DNA of 63,692 nucleotides, filler included, from Myxococcota bacterium (GCA_023150835.1; 3 parts of 3 records of this genome joined end to end with filler, not necessarily neighbours in it), one strand, 5' to 3'; shown: positions 10,966-22,154, counted from the whole stretch's first letter. Translations and numbers: made by a program. The notes: generated from the sequence alone by a model not told the origin.

Positions 10966-11095
10966 AAAAAAAGCCGTGTTCGCGACACTTCAAGCGACAG
11001 AGTCGTCGGGTTGAAAAACCTGTGATCTCTTCGTCTATACGGGGTCAAGGGAGCCGCGCTAAGGCAGTGGGGCGTGGGGTGAAACCCCCACAAAC
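10966..11095 (+). repeat. About 130-bp structured intergenic repeat (family B), copy 1
   Basis: AAAAAGCCGTGTTCG..CAAGCGAC..TTGAAAAACC..TACGGGGTCAAGGG..GGGGTGAAACCCCC; homologous to the copies at 20995, 24560 and 38392. Confidence 0.8.
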
Positions 11096-11096
11096 A

Positions 11097-11750
11097 TCAT
11101 CCAACTGCGTAAGTCCTAGGGTGATCTAGTTGTGGGTTGTTTTTGCGCCAAAGCACCGAGAGATTGTTGGCGGGCATGGAGACCACGATGGGATCGCAAA
11201 AGCCCGATTGTTGGGCCAATGGAGCGATCTGTTGATCGATGTCGCGCACACCCCACGCAGGATCGCGTTGTTGGAGAGATTGGTCGAAAGCCTCGTTGCT
11301 TGGGGCGGTATGTTCGCCGTGGCGTTTGAATGGGCCGTATAGATACAGCCAACCGTCTGGACACAGGACTTGGGAGGCTCCTTGGAACAAGGCTTCGCAG
11401 GCTGCCCACGGGGCGATGTGGATCATATTGATGCAGACGATCGCATCCAGATCGCGCACAGGCCAAGGGAGCTTGCAAACATCCAACGCAAGGGGAGGAT
11501 GGACATTTGGGAGATCGGCGTCTTGGAGCCATGCTTGGATGCTTGTGCGGGCGGTGGGATCGAGATCGCTGGTTTGCCAGTCGAGATGAGGGAGGTGTGA
11601 GCCAAAGTAGACGGCATGTTCTCCTGTGCCGCTTGCGATCTCCAAGACGCGACGGGTTGTTTGGAAGTAGGTACGCAAGACATCGAGGATGGGAGCGCGA
11701 TTGCGTTGGGTGGCGGGGGCGTGGCGTCGGAGATCTTGGGGCGTGGACAT
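11097..11750 (-). CDS. DUF938 (METTL26-like) SAM-dependent methyltransferase
   Basis: HAPATQRNRAPIL, VLEIASGTGEH, WQTSD, NMIHIAPW, YGPF, SNEAFD.SL, WGVRD, MPANN; AAGGAG RBS. Confidence 0.92.
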   Translation of the reverse strand: MSTPQDLRRHAPATQRNRAPILDVLRTYFQTTRRVLEIASGTGEHAVYFGSHLPHLDWQTSDLDPTARTSIQAWLQDADLPNVHPPLALDVCKLPWPVRDLDAIVCINMIHIAPWAACEALFQGASQVLCPDGWLYLYGPFKRHGEHTAPSNEAFDQSLQQRDPAWGVRDIDQQIAPLAQQSGFCDPIVVSMPANNLSVLWRKNNPQLDHPRTYAVG

Positions 11751-11840
11751 CAAAGCTCCTTGGAATGGGCGTGACAGGTGTTTCACATCGGACTTCTACG
11801 AGATCGCAAGTCAGCCCGAAGTGGAAATGCAACGCCGCAG

Positions 11841-11869
11841 TTGACAGGGCAAAGGGTCGGTGCTACTTT
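11841..11869 (+). promoter_or_regulatory. Putative sigma70 promoter upstream of typA
   Basis: TTGACA-17 bp-TACTTT, with a TG extended -10. Confidence 0.55.
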
Positions 11870-12105
11870 GCCGCCGCCGAAAGGCCAGAAGGCGACCAGA
11901 ACGCGGTCAAGAAGCCGTTTTTCAAAGGTTTTGTGAAGATCATGCGTGTTGAGTGAGGCGTGCTCACCTGTGCAAACGCGCAAACCGTTGGGCTTTTGGA
12001 TGTATGTTGTTGCTTTGCTGTGTGTCAAGAATGTGCCTAGGGTATTTGTTTCAGTGAGCCACGCGATCGACGCGGTGGGCGCTGTGTATTGAGAGAACGA
12101 AGAAA

Positions 12106-13917
12106 ATGGCCAAACGAGAGAATTTACGCAACCTTGCGATCGTCGCACACGTCGACCACGGAAAAACCACGCTTGTGGATGCCTTGTTTCGGCAGGGGGG
12201 GATCTTTCGCGAGAACCAACACGTCGAAGATCGCGTGATGGACTCCAACGATCAAGAACGTGAGCGCGGGATCACCATCCTCGCCAAAGCAACCTCCGTC
12301 CAATTCGGCGATATGCGCTTGCAACTGGTGGATACACCCGGCCACTCGGACTTTGGGGGCGAAGTGGAACGGACCCTTCGGATGGTGGACGGCGTCTTGC
12401 TGCTGGTGGATGCCGCCGAAGGTCCGCTGCCTCAAACTCGCTTTGTCTTGCGCAAAGCCTTTGAACTCAAACTGCCTGCCTTGGTCGCCATCAACAAGAT
12501 CGACCGCGATGATGCACGCCCCAAAGAAGTTCTGAACGAAGTGTACGAGCTTTTCTTGGAACTTGGCTCCGAAGATATCGACTTTCCTGTGGTGTACACC
12601 AACGCTCGCGTTGGTACAGCGACCCGCGATCTGAGCAAGCCCGGCGTGGATCTGCGCCCTCTCGTCGAAGCCATCGCAGAGCGCCTGCCCGCCCCCGAAG
12701 ATCTTTCGCACGAACCCTTTTGTATGCAGGTCAACCAGTTGAGCTATGACCCGTACGTCGGGCGTTTGGTGATCGGTCGCGTGTTGTCGGGTTCGATCCG
12801 CACCAGCGAGATGACCCTCGTCCAAGGCGAAGACACCAAGCCCAAACGCTACCGCGTGACGGGGTTGTTCACCTTCCACGGCATCAAGCGAGTGCCTCTC
12901 GAAGAAGCCCGCAGCGGTGATCTTGTCGCAGTATCAGGTATCGAAGAAGTCAACATCGGCGACACGCTGTGCGATCCGACACATCCTCAAACGCTCGAAG
13001 CGATCCGCGTCGAAGAACCCACCGTGGCGATGACGTTTCAGGTCAACAATGGGCCGCTTGCAGGTCGCAGCGGTGGCGAGTTTGTGACCAGCCGCCAACT
13101 GCGCGAACGGCTGATGCGAGAAGCCTATGCCAACGTCAGCATCCGCGTGGAAGAAGGCGATACACCCGAGCAGTTTCGTGTTCTTGCGCGGGGTGAACTC
13201 CAACTGGCCGTATTGATCGAGAATATGCGCCGCGAGAAGTTCGAGTTTTGCGTGCGCAACCCCCAAGTCGTCGTCCGTCAAGGAGAGGGCGGAAAAGAAG
13301 AACCGATCGAGCGTTTGGTGATCGACGTTCCCACAGAACACCTTGGGGCTGTCACGCAACTGTTGGGAACCCGCAAAGCACAGCTCTCTCAACAAAAACA
13401 AGAAGGTGCGCGTGTTCGGGTCGAATACTTGATCCCCACACGAGGCTTGTTTGGTTTGCGCTCGCAGATGCTCACACAAACGCGGGGAACCGCGATTATG
13501 ACCAGCGTGTTCGAGCGTTGGGCTCCTTGGGCAGGGCCGATCGCACGCCGCTCCAACGGAGCGATGGTCGCCGATCGTTCGGATGAGTCGACAGCGTATG
13601 CGTTGTTTAAGCTGCAACCGCGTGGACAGCTATTTATTCCTCCGGGTGTTCCCATCTACGAAGGGATGATCGTCGGCGAACACAGCCGTCCCAACGACCT
13701 CAACGTCAACGTGGGCCGCGAAAAGAAACTCACGAACATCCGCGCTGCTGGAAAAGACGAAGCCATCATCTTGACGCCGCCGCCTCGGATGTCTCTCGAA
13801 GATTATCTCGAATGGATCCGCGATGATGAGATGGTCGAAGTCACCCCCAAAGAGATCCGCTTGCGCAAGGTGATCCTCGAATCCAATCGTCGGCCTGTGT
13901 TGGCGGAAAGCGCTTAA
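12106..13917 (+). CDS. typA: Translational GTPase TypA/BipA
   Basis: [59 protein letters not shown]. Confidence 0.98.
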   Translation: MAKRENLRNLAIVAHVDHGKTTLVDALFRQGGIFRENQHVEDRVMDSNDQERERGITILAKATSVQFGDMRLQLVDTPGHSDFGGEVERTLRMVDGVLLLVDAAEGPLPQTRFVLRKAFELKLPALVAINKIDRDDARPKEVLNEVYELFLELGSEDIDFPVVYTNARVGTATRDLSKPGVDLRPLVEAIAERLPAPEDLSHEPFCMQVNQLSYDPYVGRLVIGRVLSGSIRTSEMTLVQGEDTKPKRYRVTGLFTFHGIKRVPLEEARSGDLVAVSGIEEVNIGDTLCDPTHPQTLEAIRVEEPTVAMTFQVNNGPLAGRSGGEFVTSRQLRERLMREAYANVSIRVEEGDTPEQFRVLARGELQLAVLIENMRREKFEFCVRNPQVVVRQGEGGKEEPIERLVIDVPTEHLGAVTQLLGTRKAQLSQQKQEGARVRVEYLIPTRGLFGLRSQMLTQTRGTAIMTSVFERWAPWAGPIARRSNGAMVADRSDESTAYALFKLQPRGQLFIPPGVPIYEGMIVGEHSRPNDLNVNVGREKKLTNIRAAGKDEAIILTPPPRMSLEDYLEWIRDDEMVEVTPKEIRLRKVILESNRRPVLAESA

Positions 13918-14175
13918 TCTCGGATCGGGATGGCGCGACGAGCAACATGGGTGTGGCTTGGGGGGGAAGGGACTTGAGGGGGAAAGGCGGGACGTTCGCT
14001 ATTCTTGACGCGCTGGGTGGCTTCTGTTAGAGAAGGGGATGCTTGCAACAGGGGCAATGGTGGCCTGCGAAGAAGAAACCAAAACCGTCGAAAAAAGGTA
14101 CCCCTCTTGTGTGGCATGCGGTGGTTTTTTGGGAGAAAGCACCGAGAAGAAGGCGTCAACAAAAGCGGATGCACT

Positions 14176-14886
14176 GTGCAGATCTTACTCGTTGATCCGG
14201 ATGTTCAGTTCCTTTCGTTGATGAAACTCGTCTTGTCTGGAGAAGGGTACAACATCCACACCTGCTCGACTGGTTCCGAAGCAATGATGAAATCGATGAT
14301 GATCGATTTGGATCTGTTGATCTGCGAGGTGCAGGTGCCGGACTTTCAAGGCGCAGACCTTGTTCGGACGATCAAGGCGCAAAGCCCACATCTTCCGATC
14401 TTTGTGGTCTCTGAATTGGATGCTGGCACTTGGCAGGACGCTTGTTTGTCTGCGGGGGCCGACCAGTTTTTTTCCAAGCCCCCTGATTTGGAACGCATTA
14501 AAGAAGAAGTGATGATGGTGCGGATGGGGCGTGCGGGGCTGGATGTGGTTGTGGTGGACACGGATGTCATCCATCGCAATCGCTTGCGGGTGTCGTTGGT
14601 TGCGCAGGGATGCCAAGTTCGTGCGTGGGACAGCATGGACAACGCAATCGGCGATATCGCTCGCAAACTCCCGACTTTGCTTGTCTTGGATGGTGGCCAA
14701 GAACATTCGATCGAGCTTTTGCGTTGGGCAAAAGCCCGAGGCGTCACGATCTTCGTTTTTTCGGATGAGATGTCGGATGAACTGGAAGATGCGATGATGC
14801 GCGCAGGGGCGGCCTTGATCATGAACAAGCCCGTCGACTGCGATGCGCTGATGATCCAAGCCCGTTTTCTTGCCGCTGGTTTTTGA
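14176..14886 (+). CDS. Tandem receiver-domain protein; first receiver atypical
   Basis: Two REC folds (ILLVD..LLICE..SKP and VVVVD..LLVLD..NKP), no output domain; start GTG 14176 inferred. Confidence 0.85.
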   Translation: MQILLVDPDVQFLSLMKLVLSGEGYNIHTCSTGSEAMMKSMMIDLDLLICEVQVPDFQGADLVRTIKAQSPHLPIFVVSELDAGTWQDACLSAGADQFFSKPPDLERIKEEVMMVRMGRAGLDVVVVDTDVIHRNRLRVSLVAQGCQVRAWDSMDNAIGDIARKLPTLLVLDGGQEHSIELLRWAKARGVTIFVFSDEMSDELEDAMMRAGAALIMNKPVDCDALMIQARFLAAGF

Positions 14887-14892
14887 GCGTGT

Positions 14893-15153
14893 TTAGGAGC
14901 GGTTGCGCGGGGGAAGATGTGGACTGATCAAAGCGACGCCGACGACCATCACCAACAAGCACCAAGGGAGGGCGTCAGGGGGTTGGAGGGCCTCGATGTG
15001 TGCGGCGTGAAAGAGCAGATGAAGACCCATGACCAAGAGAGAGGCAAAGGCCCCAACCAACAGCAGCAACCAACCCACAAGCAAAAGGTTTTCGGCTTGT
15101 AGGAAGGGAGGTTTGGGGGGCGGCTGTGCAGGTTTTTTGGACGAAGGCAGCAT
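14893..15153 (-). CDS. Small two-TM membrane protein
   Basis: AAGGAG RBS before ATG 15153; two hydrophobic segments. Confidence 0.65.
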   Translation of the reverse strand: MLPSSKKPAQPPPKPPFLQAENLLLVGWLLLLVGAFASLLVMGLHLLFHAAHIEALQPPDALPWCLLVMVVGVALISPHLPPRNRS

Positions 15154-15585
15154 CGGAGGCTCCTTGCTCGGTTGCAGGGTCTTTTCTGCGGCACTGCTTT
15201 TTGGAGAGATGCCGTAGGACCTTTCAAGGTAGCGCAGGCAAGATGCAAAGATCAAGGAAAGAGTTTGCGTGTCATCAAGGCAGCGGCTTTTTCCCGATCC
15301 AGCCGTTGTGATCGAGCGCACCGAGTAGGGCTTGGGTGTCGCTTTTGTGGCCGTGTGCGTGATCGGCCTGCCGAGCAAAGAAAATCATCCCCCTCATCGA
15401 ATCCAACAAACACAACGCGAATCCAACAGGGCAGTCGCCTCGTCCTTATGAGACAAACGGCCTTGGTTTTGACCTGTTGGCTGGGGTGTCGAACAAAGAC
15501 CCACTAAAAGAGTAGACAAACGGATCGAGCTTGTGTATCAACGCGAATCGTCGGTTTAAAGAGGGGCCGGTGTCGATCTTTTGGG

Positions 15586-15649
15586 TTGACATCTTGCATC
15601 AGGGCGACTACTGTACGCCACCAAATAGCCTAGTACAAAAGTAGGTTAT
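15586..15649 (+). promoter_or_regulatory. suf promoter with a downstream Rrf2/IscR-like 25-bp palindromic operator
   Basis: TTGACA(15586)-17 bp-TACTGT(15609); imperfect inverted repeat ATAGCCTAGT-ACAAA-AGTAGGTTAT at 15625-15649. Confidence 0.7.
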
Positions 15650-15727
15650 CGAACGAACCGCTGAAGTTGCGGTCGCTGCTCGGTGAGACACTTCGGGATC
15701 GCGTGGTAAACAAGGGAAAGCAAAAAC

Positions 15728-17173
15728 ATGACTTCTTCGACAGAAACCATCCACGAATTAGCAAACCAAAAGTACAAGTACGGGTTTGTGACGGATATCG
15801 AAACTGACAGCGTTCCTGCCGGACTGAGCGAAGATATCATTCGTTTGATCTCCGCCAAAAAACAAGAACCCGAGTGGCTGTTGGAGTGGCGTTTGAAAGC
15901 CTACCGCCACTGGCGAACGATGGCCGAACCACGTTGGCCAAAGGTCGATTATCCAACGATCGACTTTGATCGGATCGTGTATTACTCCGCACCCAAACAA
16001 CGCCCAAAGCTCGATAGTTTGGACGAAGTCGATCCCGAGTTGTTGAAGACGTTTGAAAAGCTCGGTATCCCGCTTGAAGAGCAAAAGCGCCTGACAGGGG
16101 TCGCGGTCGATGTGGTGTTTGACAGCGTGTCGGTGGCGACTTCCTTCAAAGACAAGCTCGGTGAGTTGGGCGTGATCTTCTGTTCGATGTCCGAAGCTGT
16201 GCGCGAACATCCCGATCTTGTGCGCAAGTATCTCGGTACGGTGGTGCCTTACACCGACAATTTTTATGCTGCGCTGAACTCTGCGGTGTTTTCGGATGGC
16301 TCGTTTTGTTATATCCCCAAGGGCGTGCGTTGTCCGATGGAGCTTTCGACTTACTTTCGTATCAATGCCGCAGGGACGGGCCAGTTTGAACGAACTCTGT
16401 TGGTGGCCGAAGACAGCAGCTATGTGAGTTATCTCGAAGGATGTACCGCCCCACAGCGCGACGAAAACCAGCTTCATGCCGCAGTGGTCGAACTGATCGC
16501 GCTCGATAACGCGCAGATCAAATACTCGACCGTCCAAAACTGGTATCCGGGCGACGAACAAGGCAAAGGCGGTATCTACAACTTTGTCACCAAACGCGGT
16601 ATCTGCGCGGGTGTGAATTCCAAGATCTCATGGACACAAGTCGAAACAGGCTCGGCGATCACTTGGAAATATCCAAGCTGTATCCTCAAAGGCGACGGCT
16701 CTGTGGGCGAATTTTACTCCGTGGCTCTCACCAATCATTTTCAACAGGCCGATACTGGCACCAAGATGATCCACCTCGGCAAAAATACCAGCAGCACCAT
16801 CGTCTCCAAAGGTATCTCCGCAGGTAAGGGCCAAAACACGTATCGCGGTCTTGTGCGGATCGCCAAGTCCGCCACCCACGCCCGCAATTATACCCAGTGC
16901 GACTCGATGTTGATTGGTGATCGTTGTGGTGCGCACACCTTCCCGTATATCGAAGTCAATAACAATTCGTCGCAGGTCGAACACGAAGCCACCACCTCCA
17001 AGATCGGCGAAGAGCAGTTGTTTTATTGCCGTCAGCGCGGTCTTTCCGAAGAAGACGCGGTCTCGCTGATCGTCAACGGCTTTTGTAAAGAGGTGTTTCG
17101 CGAGCTTCCGATGGAGTTTGCGGTCGAAGCCCAAAAGCTCTTGGGGATTAGCCTCGAAGGCACCGTAGGTTGA
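15728..17173 (+). CDS. sufB: Fe-S cluster assembly scaffold SufB
   Basis: [70 protein letters not shown]. Confidence 0.98.
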   Translation: MTSSTETIHELANQKYKYGFVTDIETDSVPAGLSEDIIRLISAKKQEPEWLLEWRLKAYRHWRTMAEPRWPKVDYPTIDFDRIVYYSAPKQRPKLDSLDEVDPELLKTFEKLGIPLEEQKRLTGVAVDVVFDSVSVATSFKDKLGELGVIFCSMSEAVREHPDLVRKYLGTVVPYTDNFYAALNSAVFSDGSFCYIPKGVRCPMELSTYFRINAAGTGQFERTLLVAEDSSYVSYLEGCTAPQRDENQLHAAVVELIALDNAQIKYSTVQNWYPGDEQGKGGIYNFVTKRGICAGVNSKISWTQVETGSAITWKYPSCILKGDGSVGEFYSVALTNHFQQADTGTKMIHLGKNTSSTIVSKGISAGKGQNTYRGLVRIAKSATHARNYTQCDSMLIGDRCGAHTFPYIEVNNNSSQVEHEATTSKIGEEQLFYCRQRGLSEEDAVSLIVNGFCKEVFRELPMEFAVEAQKLLGISLEGTVG

Positions 17174-17225
17174 GAGCTTGTCGTTGATTTTTCGGACGTG
17201 ATAAAAGACAAAGGAACAAAAGCGT

Positions 17226-17978
17226 ATGTTGAAGGTAAGCAATCTGCAAGCCCGTGTCGACGGCAAGATGATCTTGAATGGCCTTGATCTCGAAGTCAAA
17301 GCGGGCGAAGTCCACGCGATCATGGGCCCCAATGGATCGGGAAAAAGCACCTTTGCCAATGTCTTGGCAGGGCATGAAGCCTTTGAAGTGACGGGCGGAA
17401 CGGTCGAGTTTGAAGGCAAGAATCTCTTGGAGATGGAACCCGAGGAGCGCGCTTGGGCGGGCATCTTCTTGGCGTTTCAATATCCCGTCGAGATCCCGGG
17501 CGTTGGAAACACCTACTTTTTGCGGATGGCGCTGAATGCGATCCGCAAGGCGCGTGGTCAAGAAGAACTCGACTCGGTCGCCTTTATGAAGGTCTTGCGT
17601 GAAAAAGTCAAACTGTTGAAGTTGCGCGATGACTTGTTGAAACGCCCCCTCAATGAAGGCTTTTCAGGCGGCGAAAAGAAGCGCAACGAGATCCTTCAGA
17701 TGGCGTTGTTGGAACCCAAGCTGGCGATCCTCGACGAGACCGATTCGGGCTTGGATATCGACGCTCTCAAGATCGTGGCCGATGGCGTCAATGCCTTGCG
17801 CGATGGTACGCGCAGCGTGATCGTCGTCACGCATTACCAGCGCCTGCTTGATTACATCGTTCCTGATCATACGCACGTCCTCTACAAGGGCAAGATCGTT
17901 AAATCCGGCGGCAAAGAACTTGCGCTCGAACTCGAAGAAAAAGGCTACGGCTGGATCCAAGAAAGCCACGCCGCCTAA
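17226..17978 (+). CDS. sufC: Fe-S assembly ATPase SufC
   Basis: GPNGSGKST, AFQYPVEIPGV, NEGFSGGEKKRNE, LDETDSGLDIDA, THYQRLL. Confidence 0.98.
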   Translation: MLKVSNLQARVDGKMILNGLDLEVKAGEVHAIMGPNGSGKSTFANVLAGHEAFEVTGGTVEFEGKNLLEMEPEERAWAGIFLAFQYPVEIPGVGNTYFLRMALNAIRKARGQEELDSVAFMKVLREKVKLLKLRDDLLKRPLNEGFSGGEKKRNEILQMALLEPKLAILDETDSGLDIDALKIVADGVNALRDGTRSVIVVTHYQRLLDYIVPDHTHVLYKGKIVKSGGKELALELEEKGYGWIQESHAA

Positions 17979-18074
17979 ATCCACATCCCTCCGCGTCAGC
18001 CCGATTCGATGTCAACCTCTTTCGCGTACAGCGTTTTTCGTTTGCGTACCACGCCACCACAAGGACAAAGAGCG

Positions 18075-19616
18075 ATGAGTCACGATCCGATACAACACTA
18101 CCAAGATCTCTGCCAGTCGCGTTCGCAACAAAAGCAACCTGCGTGGTTGCGTGCGATCCGTTTGTCCGCTGCTGCGCGACTTGCGGAGCTTGGCTTTCCA
18201 ACGCGCAAGCATGAAGAATGGAAGTACACGCCTGTACGCCCTCTGACTGCCGTTGCTTTTGCCCAATCGCCGCTGCCTCTTTCGCTTTCTCGTGTTGCCG
18301 CTGAGGATCTGCTGTCTCGCACAACACAAGGCGCTTTGCGGGTGGTGATCGGCGACGGTCAGATCCTCCCCGCTATTTCGTCTCTTGAAGCCCTCCCGGC
18401 GGGCGTCTCGATCCGCAGTCTTCGTGAGATCCTCGATACCGAAAACGAGCCAGACGATCTCTTGCGCCAGCGTTTTGCGCTTGCGCTCGATCGCGTCGGG
18501 GATAACGCCTTTGATGCGCTCAATCTTGCCCTCTTTTCCGATGGTGTGGTGATCGATATCCCCAAAAATACATCGGTCACACAACCGATCGAGATCGTGT
18601 ATGTCGGCTCCTGTTCTTCCACTCCGCAGATCGGCGCGATCCGCAGCTTCGTTTCGCTTGCACGCGGTAGCCAAGCCTCGATCATCGAGCGTTTTGTCGG
18701 CCTCTCCCCTGACGGCGCACACAACCCGCACACGACGGGCAGCGCATCCACCCCACACAACCCCCACACGACGGGCAGCGCATCCACCCCACACAACCCC
18801 CACACGACGGGCAGCGCACCCACCCCACACAACCCCCACACGACGGGCAGCGCACCCACCCCACACAACCCGCACACGACGGGCAGCGCACCTTACTTTA
18901 CAACCGCATCGACGGCCTTTTTCGTTGAAGAAAACGCCGCGCTCGATCATTACAAGATCCAACAAGACGACCCCTCGGCCTTTCACATCGCTTGGACGTG
19001 GCTGCATCAAAAGAGCCATAGCCGCGTAAGCACTTTTGCCGTCTCTTTGGGGGGCAAGATCGCACGCAATGAAACCGAGGCCGCGCTCGACGGCCAAGGC
19101 ATCGAAACCACCCTCAACGGTCTCTATCTGGTCGAAGGCGACCGCTTTGTCGACAACCGCACCTTTTTGGATCACGCCAAGCCCCACTGCCACAGCGTCG
19201 AAGTGTACAAAGGCATCCTCTCTGAACGCGGAAAAGGCACCTTCAACGGCAAGATCTTGGTGCGCCAAGATGCCCAAAAGACCGATGCCAAGCAATCCAA
19301 CCAAGCCTTGCTGTTGTCCGATGATGCCACGATCTACAGCAAGCCGCAGTTGGAGATCTTTGCGGATGATGTGAAGTGTACGCATGGAGCCACGACGGGC
19401 TATCTCGACGAAAAATCGATGTTTTATGCGCGCTCACGCGGCGTTCCCGAAGACGCTGCGCGTGGTCTGTTGACGTATGCCTTTGCAAACGCCTTGATCG
19501 AGGGCGTTCGATTGCCCGCCTTGCAACAAGAACTCAGCGCGTTGTTGGCGCAGCGCTTTCAATTGTCTGCGATGGACGATCTGATGGGCCTGCTCGACGA
19601 GCAGGAGCTTGGCTGA
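18075..19616 (+). CDS. sufD: Fe-S assembly protein SufD with a His-containing repeat insertion
   Basis: [48 protein letters not shown]; start ATG 18075 inferred. Confidence 0.95.
   Translation: MSHDPIQHYQDLCQSRSQQKQPAWLRAIRLSAAARLAELGFPTRKHEEWKYTPVRPLTAVAFAQSPLPLSLSRVAAEDLLSRTTQGALRVVIGDGQILPAISSLEALPAGVSIRSLREILDTENEPDDLLRQRFALALDRVGDNAFDALNLALFSDGVVIDIPKNTSVTQPIEIVYVGSCSSTPQIGAIRSFVSLARGSQASIIERFVGLSPDGAHNPHTTGSASTPHNPHTTGSASTPHNPHTTGSAPTPHNPHTTGSAPTPHNPHTTGSAPYFTTASTAFFVEENAALDHYKIQQDDPSAFHIAWTWLHQKSHSRVSTFAVSLGGKIARNETEAALDGQGIETTLNGLYLVEGDRFVDNRTFLDHAKPHCHSVEVYKGILSERGKGTFNGKILVRQDAQKTDAKQSNQALLLSDDATIYSKPQLEIFADDVKCTHGATTGYLDEKSMFYARSRGVPEDAARGLLTYAFANALIEGVRLPALQQELSALLAQRFQLSAMDDLMGLLDEQELG
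18720..18893 (+). repeat. 36-bp in-frame tandem repeat, about 5 copies (HNPHTTGSA[S/P]TP), inside sufD
   Basis: Directly visible in DNA and protein. Confidence 0.95.
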
Positions 19617-19653
19617 TGTCTGTTTACGCCGTTCATCCGAAGGAGTTTGTGTG

Positions 19654-20928
19654 ATGTCTCTCTACACCGCCCATGTATCGACCGCTCCTTCTTCCCGTAA
19701 TGAGGGCGGATTGGATATCCAACGCATCCGCCAAGACTTCCCCGCTCTCCACCAAAAGGTCAACGGAAAGCCGCTGGTGTACTTGGACAACGGAGCCTCC
19801 GCACAAAAGCCGCAAGCCGTCCTCGATACCTTGGTCCATTTTTACCAACACGACTACGCCAACATCCATCGCGGCGTACACTCGCTGAGTGAGCGGGCTA
19901 CTCGGGCTTATGAGGCCGCACGCGGCGTCGTTCAACGCTTCTTAAACGCCCGCGAAGAGCGCGAGATCATCTTTGTCCGAGGAACCACCGAGGCGATCAA
20001 TCTCGTGGCCGCGACGTATGGCCGCACAAACCTCTCTGCGGGCGATGAGATCGTGATCTCCGCGATGGAACATCACGCCAACATCGTCCCTTGGCAGATG
20101 CTTTGCGAACAACTCGGGGCCAAGCTTCGCGTGATCCCTATGGATGATCGCGGTGTCCTCGATATGCAGGCGTATCAGGATCTACTCAACCACCGCACCA
20201 AGCTCGTTGCCGTCGTCCATCTCTCCAACGCCCTCGGCACACTCAATCCCGTCGAAGAGATCATCACACTTGCCCATCAACACAATATCCCCGTATTACT
20301 CGACGGAGCCCAGTCCGCACCTCACCTCAAAGTCGACGTTCAAGCCCTTGATTGCGACTTCTTCGCCTTTTCGGGCCATAAGCTCTACGGACCCACAGGG
20401 ATCGGTGTCCTCTACGGAAAGGCCGCTCTGCTCGAACAGATGCCTCCCTACCAAGGCGGCGGTGACATGATCGAAGAAGTCACCTTTGAAAAGACCACCT
20501 ATGCCTCCATCCCAAGCCGTTTTGAAGCTGGAACCCCCCACATCGCAGGCGTGATCGGCCTCGCTTCCGCCATCCAATACGTCGAACAGATCGGCCTTCA
20601 GGCGATCCACGCCTACACCCAGACCTTGCTTGATTACGGCACGCAGCGCCTCCAAGAAGTCCCCGGCTTGCGCATCATCGGCACCGCCCCCCACAAAGCC
20701 AGCATCCTCGCCTTTCGCATCCAAGATATCCACCCCCACGACATCGGCACGATCTTGGATCAAGAAGGCGTCGCCATCCGCGCCGGCCACCATTGCGCTC
20801 AGCCCGTCATGCAGCATTATCAACTCCCCGCCACCGCTCGCGCTTCCTTGTCCTTCTACAATACCCGCGAAGAGATCGATATCTTGGTCGCTGCTTTGCA
20901 AAAAACGGTTCGCATCTTTTCTTTGTAG
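19654..20928 (+). CDS. sufS: Cysteine desulfurase SufS
   Basis: [59 protein letters not shown] before ATG 19654. Confidence 0.97.
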   Translation: MSLYTAHVSTAPSSRNEGGLDIQRIRQDFPALHQKVNGKPLVYLDNGASAQKPQAVLDTLVHFYQHDYANIHRGVHSLSERATRAYEAARGVVQRFLNAREEREIIFVRGTTEAINLVAATYGRTNLSAGDEIVISAMEHHANIVPWQMLCEQLGAKLRVIPMDDRGVLDMQAYQDLLNHRTKLVAVVHLSNALGTLNPVEEIITLAHQHNIPVLLDGAQSAPHLKVDVQALDCDFFAFSGHKLYGPTGIGVLYGKAALLEQMPPYQGGGDMIEEVTFEKTTYASIPSRFEAGTPHIAGVIGLASAIQYVEQIGLQAIHAYTQTLLDYGTQRLQEVPGLRIIGTAPHKASILAFRIQDIHPHDIGTILDQEGVAIRAGHHCAQPVMQHYQLPATARASLSFYNTREEIDILVAALQKTVRIFSL

Positions 20929-20994
20929 TGGATTCTTTTCCCTCTCGATCGTTTTGATCGTTGCGGTTGTTTCGGAGTTTTGAGTTTGCTTTCG

Positions 20995-21100
20995 GTTTTG
21001 TGGGGCGCTGCCCCACACCCCGCAAGGGGTCGCAGCCCCCTTGACCCCGTATTGGCGGAGCGAACAGGCGTTTTTCAAACAAACGGTTGCGCCGCTTGGA
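20995..21100 (-). repeat. Family B intergenic repeat, copy 2
   Basis: Reverse complement contains TTGAAAAAC..CGCCAATACGGGGTCAAGGGGGCTGCGACCCCTTGCGGGGTGTGGGGCAGCGCCCCAC. Confidence 0.8.
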
Positions 21101-21213
21101 TGGTTGGTGTAGACGGGGTTGGAAAGTTTCGTGGAAACGAGCAGGTTGTTTGTGATGTCGGTCATCACGGTGTTTTTACAAACTTCGGGAAAACGAACGA
21201 ATTATAGGACTTA

Positions 21214-21323
21214 TACGATATCCGCAAGATGTGTGATCGAAGGATCGTGCGTAGATGCCCTACGGTTGGGCAGCCACAGGGGGCTGCCCAAGAACAGGAC
21301 TGTTGCAACAAATCGTGACGGCA
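21214..21323. repeat. Family A REP/MITE-like element, rearranged copy
   Basis: TACGATATCCG end plus GGGCAGCCACAGGGGGCTGCCC hairpin; about 60 bp nearly identical to the 58402-58463 region. Confidence 0.85.
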
Positions 21324-21397
21324 TTGAAAAGCTGTGTTGATCTTGAGTCATCCGTTGTTTTTGTGGTGCGGATGGTTTGTTCCAAAGGAGCGCATGG

Positions 21398-22093
21398 ATG
21401 GTTGTGGATGCTGCCTCGATCTATCGGCAGATGGTGATCGATCACGGTCGATCTCCCCGTCACTTTGGCCCGTTGGCCTCTTGCTCTTGCCGATCGGCTG
21501 GACACAATCGCGTTTGTGGCGACAAACTCGACGTTTTTTTGCAAGCAGACACCGAACAGATCCAAGCCGCCAGCTTTCAAGGCGCAGGCTGCGCGATCAT
21601 GATGGCCTCCGCCTCCATGATGATGGAACGCCTGCAAGGTTGCTCTCGATCAGATGCCCTCCGTCTGCTTCATTGCTTTTTACAAATGATGTCTCTCCGC
21701 TCTGCCTCCACACCATCGCCAACAGCGGCCACACCGCCAACAGCGGCCACTTCGCCAACAGCGGCCACTTCGCCAACAGCGGCCACTTCGCCAACAGTGG
21801 CCACTTCGCCAACAGCGGCCACTTCGCCAACAGCGGCCACTTCGCCAACAGCGGCCACTTCGCCAACAGCGGCCACTTCGCCAACAGCGGCCACACCGCC
21901 AACAGCGGCCACTTCGCCAACAGCGGTGATCTCGCCGATAGCTTTGTCGGAGGATTGCGCCGATATCCTCGGACCCTTGACTCATTTTGCCGAAGTTCGC
22001 GGGTTTCCGACGCGGATCAAGTGTGCGACCCTTGCTTGGGAAGCCCTTGCTGCGGCTTTGCGACAAGATCCACAGACGGTCTCCACCGAATAG
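21398..22093 (+). CDS. sufU: SufU (NifU-like sulfur transfer protein) with a Thr/Pro repeat insertion
   Basis: IYRQMVIDHGRSPRHFG, NRVCGD, GCAIMMASAS, FPTRIKCATLAW; AAGGAG RBS. Confidence 0.93.
   Translation: MVVDAASIYRQMVIDHGRSPRHFGPLASCSCRSAGHNRVCGDKLDVFLQADTEQIQAASFQGAGCAIMMASASMMMERLQGCSRSDALRLLHCFLQMMSLRSASTPSPTAATPPTAATSPTAATSPTAATSPTVATSPTAATSPTAATSPTAATSPTAATSPTAATPPTAATSPTAVISPIALSEDCADILGPLTHFAEVRGFPTRIKCATLAWEALAAALRQDPQTVSTE
21716..21931 (+). repeat. 18-bp in-frame tandem repeat, 12 copies (SPTAAT), inside sufU
   Basis: TCGCCAACAGCGGCCACT units directly visible. Confidence 0.95.
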
Positions 22094-22154
22094 CACCCCG
22101 TCTGTCTCAAACCTTTGCTTTTCATCCGTAGCACCTGCGCGAAGGAGTGCTTTG

